From assembly GCA_964016885.1 (NCBI GenBank), contig OZ024757.1:4092001-4156000 (forward strand): a stretch of DNA of 64,000 nucleotides, read 5' to 3'. The stretch is from Eledone cirrhosa (lineage: Eukaryota). Below are positions 13,040 to 24,039 of the stretch, in pieces. A program made the position numbers and the translations under genes. Position 1 is the stretch's first letter, and the number at the start of each line of letters is the position of its first letter. The notes beneath the pieces are model-generated. The model was given only the letters and a program-made list of their open reading frames with translations. It had not been told where the DNA came from and searched no databases.

Positions 13040-13800
13040 TCTTATACATGTATGTTATTGATGATGAGAAAGCTAGACAACCCTTTCATCTAATATAGAC
13101 CACACAACTATTGAACCTAACACCACAAATATTACTATCCTCACTACAGTGATAAATTTTTCATCTGTCAGATAATAAATGATTCCTACGGCCACCAGAC
13201 CTACATTGTTTAAAGCCCCCGGCTTATCTTTACACTATATATAATACACCCCATGACAGCTTTTACATGTCAATTTTATACATCTGCCTCATGTCAGCCA
13301 GTTTTACACGCTAAAATCGTAGATATACTATACTTCCCACCTAGATTGATGATGTGATTATTTCAAATAATTTATTGTTAGCATTGTTAGTATTGTTGTT
13401 ATTGTTCTGATTGAATGCCATTACTACTATATATAGTAGCCATGCCTGTATATTCCTTTCATTCTCACAAGCTCCGATGAATTGACAGGTTATAACTTTG
13501 TATTGGTGATCGAATAACGTGAAAACAAGCGGGTAGCGATCTCTAAACCTACCAGTTCAGAGAAACAATTGTCAGCAATGAGATTAAAAACCTTTTTTGT
13601 ATAGAATACCGTGTCACTCTGCTTTCCTGATTTATCATTACTCCAAGTGTAAACAACATAGAAATCACCGCGTACTCGCAACATCACTATGGAAACGTCT
13701 TGCTGAGTCAAACTTAGCCAAGCGTTGATATCATCCACTACCCGGAGTACCATAACTGGACTACACTTAAGTGGACTACCTATAACAATAATCTGTTACC
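13040..13800 (+). mobile_element. Diverged solo Naiad-type PLE pLTR/3' end
   Basis: 13470-13790 aligns with 40340-40660 (GAAACAATTGTCAG, ATTACTCCAAGT, TGAGTCAAAC, TACCTATAAC). The left boundary is approximate. Confidence 0.7.
13463..13583 (+). ncRNA. Degenerate type I hammerhead ribozyme (core CCGATGA)
   Basis: Stem I GCT/AGC plus TCTCA/TGAGA. GAA-ACAATTGT-C with palindromic stem III. Core U4>C and a weak stem II. Confidence 0.6.
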
Positions 13801-13802
13801 AC

Positions 13803-13863
<61 letters not shown>

Positions 13864-14139
13864 TAAAGTTTAAGCAAAGAATCGCTGCTTTCAGCCTTAA
13901 CGTATGTATATTTCGTTTTGGTATTTGTTTTGCAAGGTTTCTCATGTGAAAACGTTGAAACAAATATTGTTATACTTTGGTGTCAATAAAAACACACGTA
14001 CCTGTCGGTTTTCACTCCAATTTATTATAAATTTCTGGTTCGTTCAATAACCGGAAGGTTGTTTATATATTGTCAAAGCTCTTTCGTCACACATTATGTG
14101 ACCTCTTATGTCACTGATTTCCTATTTTGTATCTCTCCT

Positions 14140-14680
14140 TCATTCTGTACTACACCATTTTGTTTTTGATAACTTGTGAGGGAAGCTATCTATATTAAAG
14201 GGGGCATGTCTGAGAGAACCACCACAAACAATAATGGCCCCAAGACAATTCCCTGGGGCACACTGCTTGTTATTGACGTTTCCTTTGAGAGGCTGCAACA
14301 GTCTGACTTCTGTCTTTTAAGAAGTCATGAAACCATTCACCTAGTTTTCCAGCTATACCAAAGCTACGTAGTTTGTGACATATTCCATGATCAACCTTGT
14401 CGAAGTCCTTCACATCTACGTTTGAACAGTCCAGCAGCTGTTTGAATATCCAGTCAAAAAGCTGTAACAGCCGCGGAAGACATCTACCCGGGTTAAAGCC
14501 ATGCTGGGTGTCAGTTAAAAGACCATTTTCCTCCAGAAAAGTGAAGTTTCTTTCTGATGATTCGTTCTATGACTTTGCTGATATGTGAGACAGGTCTGTA
14601 GTTTTTAGCATCTGCTCTGCTTCATCCTTTATAGACACGACATATTATGGCGTCTTTTAGTTTCCGTGTATGTTAATCAC
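14140..14680 (-). mobile_element. Old CR1/L2/Jockey-type LINE RT fragment
   Basis: Minus-strand remnants QHGF.PGR and SSVPQGIVLGPLLF, heavily degraded. Confidence 0.6.
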
Positions 14681-14977
14681 TGAATTACTGGTGGTGCTAC
14701 CAAAACGAGCTCTCGGTGCACAGGCAGAGTGTATATACTAAGAAAAATGTTTCGTTTACAAGAATTTAGTTATTTATTGTGTATGGAATGTTACGCGCGT
14801 TTCACAGATGATTGGCTCCAGATTACCTATAGGAGTTATGAACCCAAACCCATTATCCGATCTGCTCTTCAGACTGCTGATCCAACCAAAAATATAGTCA
14901 TGAAACGGCTGTATGTATGTATATGCAGGTATGTACGTATGTATGTATATGCGTATGATATAAGTTTATATATATAT

Positions 14978-15697
<720 letters not shown>

Positions 15698-15760
15698 TAT
15701 AGCGGCGATGAATTAGTTTTGCGAGGTTTTTTATATGAAATCGTGTGTCGAAACAGATAT

Positions 15761-15941
15761 TGTTATATTTGGGGAGGGTCATATTTGCGTAATATTGCCA
15801 GAATTAATAACAGAACACACTCACTGTTTGGTTGGTTTTCGCTTCTCGCTGTCTTTTATATATATATATATCTGCGATCTAACTTACTCGGTCCTCAATG
15901 TTGCCATTGACTGACCGGCGGTCAAAAATAATACAGATACA
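15761..15941 (-). mobile_element. Solo-LTR-like element (Y), inverted duplicate
   Basis: TGT...ACA ends with ATAT on both sides. Mirror of 21721-21899. Confidence 0.5.
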
Positions 15942-16284
15942 ATATAGACACAAACACATATATATAGTTTACATAATTTACATAAATCTTTCGTTGCACA
16001 TCTGCAACATCGTCAGTGGTGTTATATTCATTGTTCCTCCTGTTGTGTTGTATGTCTACGCCATTTTTTTTGTTCAGTCTGTCTATATATTTATTTATTT
16101 ATTTGCTTGTTTGTTTATCTTATTTTATTTTGTCTTCTTTGCGCATGCGTTTGCGTGTGTGTATAGTGTTATGTGTGATGTGTGACTAGTGTGTATAGTG
16201 TTGTGTCTGCTGGGTGACTAGTGTGTGTTTATGTGCTTGTGTATGTATTTATTTATCTTATTTTATTTAATTTTATTTACTTAT

Positions 16285-18195
16285 TTATACTTCTCTTAGG
16301 TCAGTGTTGTTTGTTTGGGTGTTGTTGTTGTTCCACTCATTCTTTCTGTTTAGCTTTGGTCTTCTAATTTCTATTTCACTGGCCTCTCTGATTTGCCTAT
16401 CTGCTGGGTCATTCCTATGTTTAGATATTATTCTAATTTCTATGTTGTCTATGTTACCGTCATGTTGTTGTCTACCATGTTCGTATAGTACTGACCCGTT
16501 TTTTCGTCCTTTTAGTTCCCCCCAGTGTTGGTCTATCCTTTCACCTATGCTACGAGCTGTCTCACCTATGTATGTTGTTGTCATGTTTCTGCAAGTACCC
16601 TCTGTACATCTTATGCTATAGACTACGTTTCTAGTTTTACAGTTTATCCGGGGGTTCACCTTACATATGATACATTTCCTATTAGTACAGTGGGTTTTCT
16701 TAAAAGGGTAGGTTTTGCTGATCAGGGATTTTATGGTGGTTCCTGGCTTTTCTACCACCTTTATTTTTAAGTGGGTCTTTCTCAGGGCCTTTCTACGCTG
16801 GTTAGCTAATTTCCCTCCAGGGGTGGCGTCCACAAACATGACACTCTGATATCTCTGGTTGTCGTACCATGATGTGGCCTTCCCTATCTTATGTCTAGCC
16901 CTATCTAAGCTATTCCATGATTTGCTCCTGTATAGTGGGCAAATTCCTTTCATGTCCAGTTCTATGAGGGTCTTATACTTTTCCATGGCTCCTTCGTATA
17001 CTCTGACTCTGTCTCTTTGGTTGTAGCCAGAGAACTGCATGCGGTTGATGAAGTGTTGGATGTGTCCTTCCATTTCTGTTGGGTCGCACATGCTGGACAC
17101 ATTCTTCATCACTCGTACCAAATCTGCGATCAGAATATTAAACTTAGCACTACTGGACATTGCTGAGTTTTTGAGTATCAGGTATTTGGAGGCCATGGGT
17201 TTAGCATAGTGTGAGTGGAGAATTTGGGCTCTCTCGTCTATAGTGTTAATCCAGAGTTCTGTGTCTAATACAGGTAGTCTATTGTTAGGGTGTTTGGAAG
17301 GGAAGTCTATAGTTACAGTTATACTCTGGTGTATGGAATTAGCTATCTGCTGGATGCTTTCCATCGTGCTACGTTCTAAATCAAACTTGTTAGTGCTCTC
17401 TAGTGGGGGTGTTCTTATAACTATATTGATATCGTCTACATAACGAGAGTACATGATGAGGTCTATGGAGCTTTCATTAAGGAGATCTTTAAGTCTCCTT
17501 TCCCACCATACCATGAAAAGGTTGGCAACATCACCAGCTATGCTGACGCCGATGGCTGCTCCCTCATTTTGGGTGTAGATTTTCTCATTGAACTTAAATA
17601 TGTGGCCCTTTAGGGTAGTTTTGATACTAGCCCCTATTGCATGTGCGACCATTTTTCTTACCTGATCAGTGTTTTGGGGGGTCCGTATAGCTTTGGTCCA
17701 CCCAATCCACCTTCCTATGGGAGTCTTTTTAGCCATTGAGGTTATGGTGGGGGGTCTACCTCTTATAGGTCTACTAGGGCAGAAACATCTAAGGTCATGG
17801 CTGTCTAGGTAGTCAGTGTCGTAGGTAAGTCTAAGTAGGAGGCCCAGTTCGTCTGTGTCGACGTCGCAGAAATCCACCTCACTCTCAATGATCATCTCCA
17901 CACATCTTTTCACAGCAAAATCAATGTTAATGGATGGGTACAGTGACACCACATCCATGCTGCCTATTATGCAGTTGGATAGGCTCCTGTTTTTGTTGCA
18001 CTCACTGATTCTGCTGAGGAGGTCCTCTGTACTTTCACATACATCTGGGGACATCTTGATTATGGGACGTATAACCATTGAGAGGAAGTAGGAGATCCTG
18101 TAGTTGCTAGCTATATTAGCTCCGTATACGGGTCTTGTTGGTGGTCCTGTTGTCGGGTCGTCGACTGTCTTGTGGTCTTTGCGGAGCCCATACAA
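16285..18195 (-). CDS. PLE RT + GIY-YIG endonuclease, N-terminally truncated
   Basis: GSMDVVSLYPS, YVDD, VVYSIRC..YIGET. No genuine start codon context. Confidence 0.8.
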   Translation of the reverse strand: MYGLRKDHKTVDDPTTGPPTRPVYGANIASNYRISYFLSMVIRPIIKMSPDVCESTEDLLSRISECNKNRSLSNCIIGSMDVVSLYPSINIDFAVKRCVEMIIESEVDFCDVDTDELGLLLRLTYDTDYLDSHDLRCFCPSRPIRGRPPTITSMAKKTPIGRWIGWTKAIRTPQNTDQVRKMVAHAIGASIKTTLKGHIFKFNEKIYTQNEGAAIGVSIAGDVANLFMVWWERRLKDLLNESSIDLIMYSRYVDDINIVIRTPPLESTNKFDLERSTMESIQQIANSIHQSITVTIDFPSKHPNNRLPVLDTELWINTIDERAQILHSHYAKPMASKYLILKNSAMSSSAKFNILIADLVRVMKNVSSMCDPTEMEGHIQHFINRMQFSGYNQRDRVRVYEGAMEKYKTLIELDMKGICPLYRSKSWNSLDRARHKIGKATSWYDNQRYQSVMFVDATPGGKLANQRRKALRKTHLKIKVVEKPGTTIKSLISKTYPFKKTHCTNRKCIICKVNPRINCKTRNVVYSIRCTEGTCRNMTTTYIGETARSIGERIDQHWGELKGRKNGSVLYEHGRQQHDGNIDNIEIRIISKHRNDPADRQIREASEIEIRRPKLNRKNEWNNNNTQTNNTDLREV

Positions 18196-18197
18196 GG

Positions 18198-21100
18198 AAG
18201 AAATTAGAATGGATGAATAAGAAAAAACTACAAGAAAGGAAAATCGAATATTCTCAAAAATACCCAGATAACATCGACAACATCCGTATGAGTGATGTAA
18301 AACTACCGGAAGAATTTACCAATGACCACACAGTAAATATCTATGGGAACACTTTAATCAGTGAACAAGAACAACAAATCCTAAAGTTACCACCAAAATT
18401 TGCCATCTACAAAAAGATTAACCCTATGGAATGCAAAACGGAGCTGGAAAAGTGTTTCACAAAAATACGTTGGAATGCAAAGGTAAACAACAACAACAAT
18501 AATAACGGTAGTAGTAATATAAACAATAACTCTGGGTATAGAAATAACAGCCATAACCATAACAATGGCAGGAAAGTGAGAAATAGTGATAATGGCAATA
18601 ATACTAGCGATAGACAGAACAACAACAACCACAATAATAATAATAATAGAAACGTTAACCACAGACACAGCAACAGTGACCACAGTAGTAATAACGGTAA
18701 CAATACGAACAACAACAACAACAATAGCCACAGTGGTAATAATGGAAATAGTACATGTAGCAACATCAACAAAAACAAGAAACATAATAATAGTAACAAC
18801 CACAATGGTAGAAATAGCAGTAACAACAACAACAATAACGGTGAAGTAAACAACAATACATCTAGCAATCATAACAATAATAATATTAATGCTAATGATA
18901 GAAACAACAACAACCACCATGATAACAATAATAGCAACACACACAACTATGACGATAGAAATAACGACAACCCCTTAGAGAAAATATTTTTCAACCCAGC
19001 TGACAAAACATATAAGATGGGTAATATCTATCCTACGAGGTTACCCTTTAATAAAAGAGTTTGCATACCACAGCAAATAGATGACGAGACGGAGGCACAG
19101 TTCACCATAGCTAGAAATAAGATTAGACAAGTAGTAGACAGGTACACTATGAGACAGAGCAGACCAGAGGCCCAACAACTTGGGATAAAACCTGTAGAAG
19201 GCTTGGTTAGCCTCAAGCAGCGCACAAGGTATGGTGAGGTAGTGTGTCTACCCACAGATAAGTCTGGTTGGATGTCAATAGATAGCATGCCGAACTACAT
19301 CGAGGCAATGCAACCCCACATCACCAACACGAGCGAGGTTGCACAACTAACACACGATGGGAGAGAAAAAATCCTCAACGCTCACATGATGATGTGGACT
19401 GACATCCTAAAGCCAAGCAGACGCACTGCCAACAACTTCCAAGCGTCTAACAATGGCATACCACCCTTGTATGGGCTCCGCAAAGACCACAAGACAGTCG
19501 ACGACCCGACAACAGGACCACCAACAAGACCCGTATGCGGAGCTAATATAGCTAGCAACTACAGAATCTCCTACTTCCTCTCAATGGTTATACGCCCCAT
19601 AATCAAGATGTCCCCAGATGTATGTGAAAGTACAGAGGACCTCCTCAGCAGAATCAGTGAGTGCAACAAAAACAGGAGCCTATCCAACTGCATAATAGGC
19701 AGCATGGATGTGGTGTCACTGCACCCATCCATTAACATTGATTTTGCTGTGAAAAGATGTGTGGAGATGATCATTGAGAGTGAGGTGGAGTTCTGCGACG
19801 TCGACACAGACGAACTGGGCCTCCTACTTAGACTTACCTACGACACTGACTACCTAGACAGCCATGACCTTAGATGTTTCTGCCCTAGTAGACCTATAAG
19901 AGGTAGACCCCCCACCATAACCTCAATGGCTAAAAAGACTCCCATAGGAAGGTGGATTGGGTGGACCAAAGCTATACGGACCCCCCAAAACACTGATCAG
20001 GTAAGAAAAATGGTCGCACATGCAATAGGGGCTAGTATCAAAACTACCCTAAAGGGCCACATATTTAAGTTCAATGAGAAAATCTACACCCAAAATGAGG
20101 GAGCAGCCATCGGCGTCAGCATAGCTGGTGATGTTGCCAACCTTTTCATGGTATGGTGGGAAAGGAGACTTAAAGATCTCCTTAATGAAAGCTCCATAGA
20201 CCTCATCATGTACTCTCGTTATGTAGACGATATCAATATAGTTATAAGAACACCCCCACTAGAGAGCACTAACAAGTTTGATTTAGAACGTAGCACGATG
20301 GAAAGCATCCAGCAGATAGCTAATTCCATACACCAGAGTATAACTGTAACTATAGACTTCCCTTCCAAACACCCTAACAATAGACTACCTGTATTAGACA
20401 CAGAACTCTGGATTAACACTATAGACGAGAGAGCCCAAATTCTCCACTCACACTATGCTAAACCCATGGCCTCCAAATACCTGATACTCAAAAACTCAGC
20501 AATGTCCAGTAGTGCTAAGTTTAATATTCTGATCGCAGATTTGGTACGAGTGATGAAGAATGTGTCCAGCATGTGCGACCCAACAGAAATGGAAGGACAC
20601 ATCCAACACTTCATCAACCGCATGCAGTTCTCTGGCTACAACCAAAGAGACAGAGTCAGAGTATACGAAGGAGCCATGGAAAAGTATAAGACCCTCATAG
20701 AACTGGACATGAAAGGAATTTGCCCACTATACAGGAGCAAATCATGGAATAGCTTAGATAGGGCTAGACATAAGATAGGGAAGGCCACATCATGGTACGA
20801 CAACCAGAGATATCAGAGTGTCATGTTTGTGGACGCCACCCCTGGAGGGAAATTAGCTAACCAGCGTAGAAAGGCCCTGAGAAAGACCCACTTAAAAATA
20901 AAGGTGGTAGAAAAGCCAGGAACCACCATAAAATCCCTGATCAGCAAAACCTACCCTTTTAAGAAAACCCACTGTACTAATAGGAAATGTATCATATGTA
21001 AGGTGAACCCCCGGATAAACTGTAAAACTAGAAACGTAGTCTATAGCATAAGATGTACAGAGGGTACTTGCAGAAACATGACAACAACATACATAGGTGA

Positions 21101-21377
21101 GACAGCTCGTAGCATAGGTGAAAGGATAGACCAACACTGGGGGGAACTAAAAGGACGAAAAAACGGGTCAGTACTATACGAACATGGTAGACAACAACAT
21201 GACGGTAACATAGACAACATAGAAATTAGAATAATATCTAAACATAGGAATGACCCAGCAGATAGGCAAATCAGAGAGGCCAGTGAAATAGAAATTAGAA
21301 GACCAAAGCTAAACAGAAAGAATGAGTGGAACAACAACAACACCCAAACAAACAACACTGACCTAAGAGAAGTATAA
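18198..21377 (+). CDS. Penelope-like element protein: Asn-rich insert, RT, Cys linker, GIY-YIG endonuclease (uninterrupted, 5'-truncated)
   Basis: TDKSG, PLYGLRKDHK, RPVCG, SMDVVSL, Q.EGAAIG, RYVDD, LPVLD, CxxxxCxxC, NVVYSIRC..C..YIGETARS..R..H. The first 21 codons of the listed ORF come from the inverted arm. Clade (Neptune- or Nematis-like) is not resolvable by eye. Confidence 0.9.
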   Translation, partial: KKLEWMNKKKLQERKIEYSQKYPDNIDNIRMSDVKLPEEFTNDHTVNIYGNTLISEQEQQILKLPPKFAIYKKINPMECKTELEKCFTKIRWNAKVNNNNNNNGSSNINNNSGYRNNSHNHNNGRKVRNSDNGNNTSDRQNNNNHNNNNNRNVNHRHSNSDHSSNNGNNTNNNNNNSHSGNNGNSTCSNINKNKKHNNSNNHNGRNSSNNNNNNGEVNNNTSSNHNNNNINANDRNNNNHHDNNNSNTHNYDDRNNDNPLEKIFFNPADKTYKMGNIYPTRLPFNKRVCIPQQIDDETEAQFTIARNKIRQVVDRYTMRQSRPEAQQLGIKPVEGLVSLKQRTRYGEVVCLPTDKSGWMSIDSMPNYIEAMQPHITNTSEVAQLTHDGREKILNAHMMMWTDILKPSRRTANNFQASNNGIPPLYGLRKDHKTVDDPTTGPPTRPVCGANIASNYRISYFLSMVIRPIIKMSPDVCESTEDLLSRISECNKNRSLSNCIIGSMDVVSLHPSINIDFAVKRCVEMIIESEVEFCDVDTDELGLLLRLTYDTDYLDSHDLRCFCPSRPIRGRPPTITSMAKKTPIGRWIGWTKAIRTPQNTDQVRKMVAHAIGASIKTTLKGHIFKFNEKIYTQNEGAAIGVSIAGDVANLFMVWWERRLKDLLNESSIDLIMYSRYVDDINIVIRTPPLESTNKFDLERSTMESIQQIANSIHQSITVTIDFPSKHPNNRLPVLDTELWINTIDERAQILHSHYAKPMASKYLILKNSAMSSSAKFNILIADLVRVMKNVSSMCDPTEMEGHIQHFINRMQFSGYNQRDRVRVYEGAMEKYKTLIELDMKGICPLYRSKSWNSLDRARHKIGKATSWYDNQRYQSVMFVDATPGGKLANQRRKALRKTHLKIKVVEKPGTTIKSLISKTYPFKKTHCTNRKCIICKVNPRINCKTRNVVYSIRCTEGTCRNMTTTYIGETARSIGERIDQHWGELKGRKNGSVLYEHGRQQHDGNIDNIEIRIISKHRNDPADRQIREASEIEIRRPKLNRKNEWNNNNTQTNNTDLREV

Positions 21378-21639
21378 ATAAGTAAATAAAATTAAATAAA
21401 ATAAGATAAATAAATACATACACAAGCACATAAACACACACTAGTCACCCAGCAGACACAACACTATACACACTAGTCACACATCACACATAACACTATA
21501 CACACACGCAAACGCATGCGCAAAGAAGACAAAATAAAATAAGATAAACAAACAAGCAAATAAATAAATAAATATATAGACAGACTGAACAAAAAAAATG
21601 GCGTAGACATACAACACAACAGGAGGAACAATGAATATA

Positions 21640-21690
21640 ACACCACTGACGATGTTGCAGATGTGCAACGAAAGATTTATGTAAATTATG
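21640..21690 (+). ncRNA. Hammerhead-like core in PLE 3' UTR (mirrored at about 15970-16020, minus)
   Basis: CTGACGA-T-GTTGCA(GATG)TGCAAC-GAAA followed by quasi-palindromic GATTTATGTAAATT. No convincing stem I partner. Confidence 0.55.
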
Positions 21691-21720
21691 TAAACTATAT
21701 ATATGTGTTTGTGTCTATAT

Positions 21721-21899
21721 TGTATCTGTATTATTTTTGACCGCCGGTCAGTCAATGGCAACATTGAGGACCGAGTAAGTTAGATCGCAGATATATATAT
21801 ATAAAAGACAGCGAGAAGCGAAAACCAACCAAACAGTGAGTGTGTTCTGTTATTAATTCTGGCAATATTACGCAAATATGACCCTCCCCAAATATAACA
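21721..21899 (+). mobile_element. Solo-LTR-like element (Y), 179 bp
   Basis: Starts TGT and ends ACA. ATAT at 21717-21720 and 21900-21903. Internal TATAAAA. Diverged copy at 27283-27450. Confidence 0.5.
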
Positions 21900-21906
21900 A
21901 TATATT

Positions 21907-21942
<36 letters not shown>

Positions 21943-21947
21943 CGTGC

Positions 21948-21993
<46 letters not shown>

Positions 21994-22036
21994 ATATATA
22001 TACATATATATATATATATACATATATATATATGTG

Positions 22037-22105
<69 letters not shown>

Positions 22106-22303
22106 GTTTATATATATATAGAGAGATAGATATATGCAAGTTATCCTCACCTTTATTCGCCATACAAATCAACCAGACCGACAAATGAAGTTGCGTGTTG
22201 CCCCACTTACATTTTCAAAGGTCACCCCTTTGTATATTGTAGCACAATTGTACTGACAACATGGCTACAAGGCAGTTTGTAGCTTCTCTCTTCTTCTTTT
22301 GTG

Positions 22304-22354
<51 letters not shown>

Positions 22355-22502
22355 TCACACTCTCGCACACACACATATATATATGGGTAGATGGATGGAT
22401 AGACATCGGGTATGTGAATCAGTCTTCTTCTTGTATGACATATACACAGTAGCTAGAGTGACAGGTAGAAACTGGTGAGCCAGACCACGGCGTCATTTGC
22501 AC

Positions 22503-22852
22503 ATCTGTACATGTGTATATGCAGTTATTAAATGCAAAATATTTGGAAAGTTTTACATATTTTTACTGTTCCATTAATGGATTGTACTTGTAATTTCCTA
22601 ACTAGTTGTGTTCTTTCTGTTCCTGTGAAGCCTAGCTTCTCAAGATTTGTATTGAGGCAGTTACTAACATATCCCAGTGCCCCTATAATCACAAGCATAA
22701 ATCTGAAGGTGTAATCAGGGTGGAGTATCTGCAGATTTCTCATCAGTTCTGCATAAATATTCTCCTCTTCACTAATCTTTGATATTATATTGGCATCTGC
22801 TGGGCAGCTAATTTCCACTACTGTGCATGTTTTCTTCTCCCTGTACCATATC
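22503..22852 (-). mobile_element. 3' fragment of the R4-like family at 4543-8657
   Basis: ORF 22528-22854 is nearly identical to the C-terminus of 7563-8426. Its 5' junction abuts (CATA)n on the sense strand. Confidence 0.9.
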
Positions 22853-22947
22853 ATGTATGTATGTATGTATGTATGTATGTATGTATGTATGTATGTATGT
22901 ATGTATGTATGTATGTATGTATGTATGTATGTATGTATGTATGTATG

Positions 22948-23557
22948 TCAGGTCACCACTTGGTGCTACTGGTAACATGTATCCCAGTACAACCTGTCTC
23001 ATGGTCGGGTCGTTGGCGACTAAACTGGCAACCCCACCAAGGTTTCTTGGTGAGGAGGGTGACTTTGGACATCCTGCAGGACTAAAAACAAAACCTGTCA
23101 AAGGGCAAAGGAGCTCTTAAGAGTCAATGGCCATCCAAAATCACTGGGAGAGATGACTCCTTAGCCTTTGTCAAGGCAGAATTCTAGGAGAAGGAAAACT
23201 CTGATATAACACCTGCAACCCTGATGGTATCCAATGATGTTGACTTGTTCTTCTTTTTGGTAAATATCATCTTGGTTAAGAGAGTGGGACTGGCTTTGTG
23301 CAGTGCCTTTGCTCACTATAAAAGCTTCACGGCACAGGTATTGCTTTATATCTGGAGATCTCTCTGCACTTGTCGTCACATGGTACCAAAGGCAAAGCAC
23401 TATGTGTCAATAATTGTCACAAGTGTAGTGTTTGTACCAGAGTTTTCAGGTCGCTGGCTGGACTAAAAAGTCACACTCGTTCAGCGCATCGGTAGGGGTT
23501 CTCCTACATGGATATAAAGTAGTGGCCGTACTCGAAAACGAGTTGGCAGCCACCATG
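22948..23557 (+). mobile_element. Element X (bipartite RTE derivative), copy 2
   Basis: Zinc-finger remnant CHKCSVCTRVFRSLAGLKSHTRSAHR* at 23415-23495. (TATG)n on both sides. Confidence 0.85.
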
Positions 23558-23573
23558 TATGTATGTATGTATG

Positions 23574-23983
23574 TGAGAGATGACCCCTTTGCCTTTGTCA
23601 AGGCAGAATTCTAGGAGAAGAAAAACTCTGATATAACACCTGCAGCCCTGATGGTTTCCAATGATGTTGACTTGTTCTTCTTTTTGGTAAATATCATCTT
23701 GGTTAAAAGAGTGGGACTGGCTTTGTTCAGTGCCTTTGCTCACTATAACAGCTTCACGGCACAGACATTGCTTTATATCTGGAGATCTCTCTGCACTTGT
23801 CGTCACATGGTACCATGGGCCCAGCACTATGTGTCAATAATTGTCACAAGTGTAGTGTTTGTACCAGAGTTTTCATGTCGCAGGCTGGACTAAAAGGTCA
23901 CACTTGTTCAGCACATCGGTAGGGGTTCTCCTACATGGATATAAAGTAGTGTCCGTACTCGAAAACGAGTTGGCAGCCACCAT
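23574..23983 (+). mobile_element. Element X, 5'-truncated copy 3, in tandem with copy 2
   Basis: Repeats 23148-23557 with scattered substitutions. Confidence 0.85.
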
Positions 23984-24039
23984 GTATGTATGCATATATA
24001 TTTGTATGTATATATGTATATATTTATATACGTATCTAG

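Larger units (their letters stand above)
15757..18197 (-). mobile_element. Inverted 5'-truncated copy of the adjacent Penelope-like element
   Basis: Reverse complement of 19465-21903. ORF 16285-18195 differs from the + copy by only 3 amino acids. Confidence 0.95.
18198..21715 (+). mobile_element. Penelope-like retroelement with 3' UTR
   Basis: The ORF above plus a 3' UTR containing a hammerhead-like core. Confidence 0.92.

Noticed and set aside
18135-18197. Start of the 1080-aa ORF as the true N-terminus
   Set aside because: These codons are the antisense of the inverted arm. The element is 5'-truncated at about 18198.
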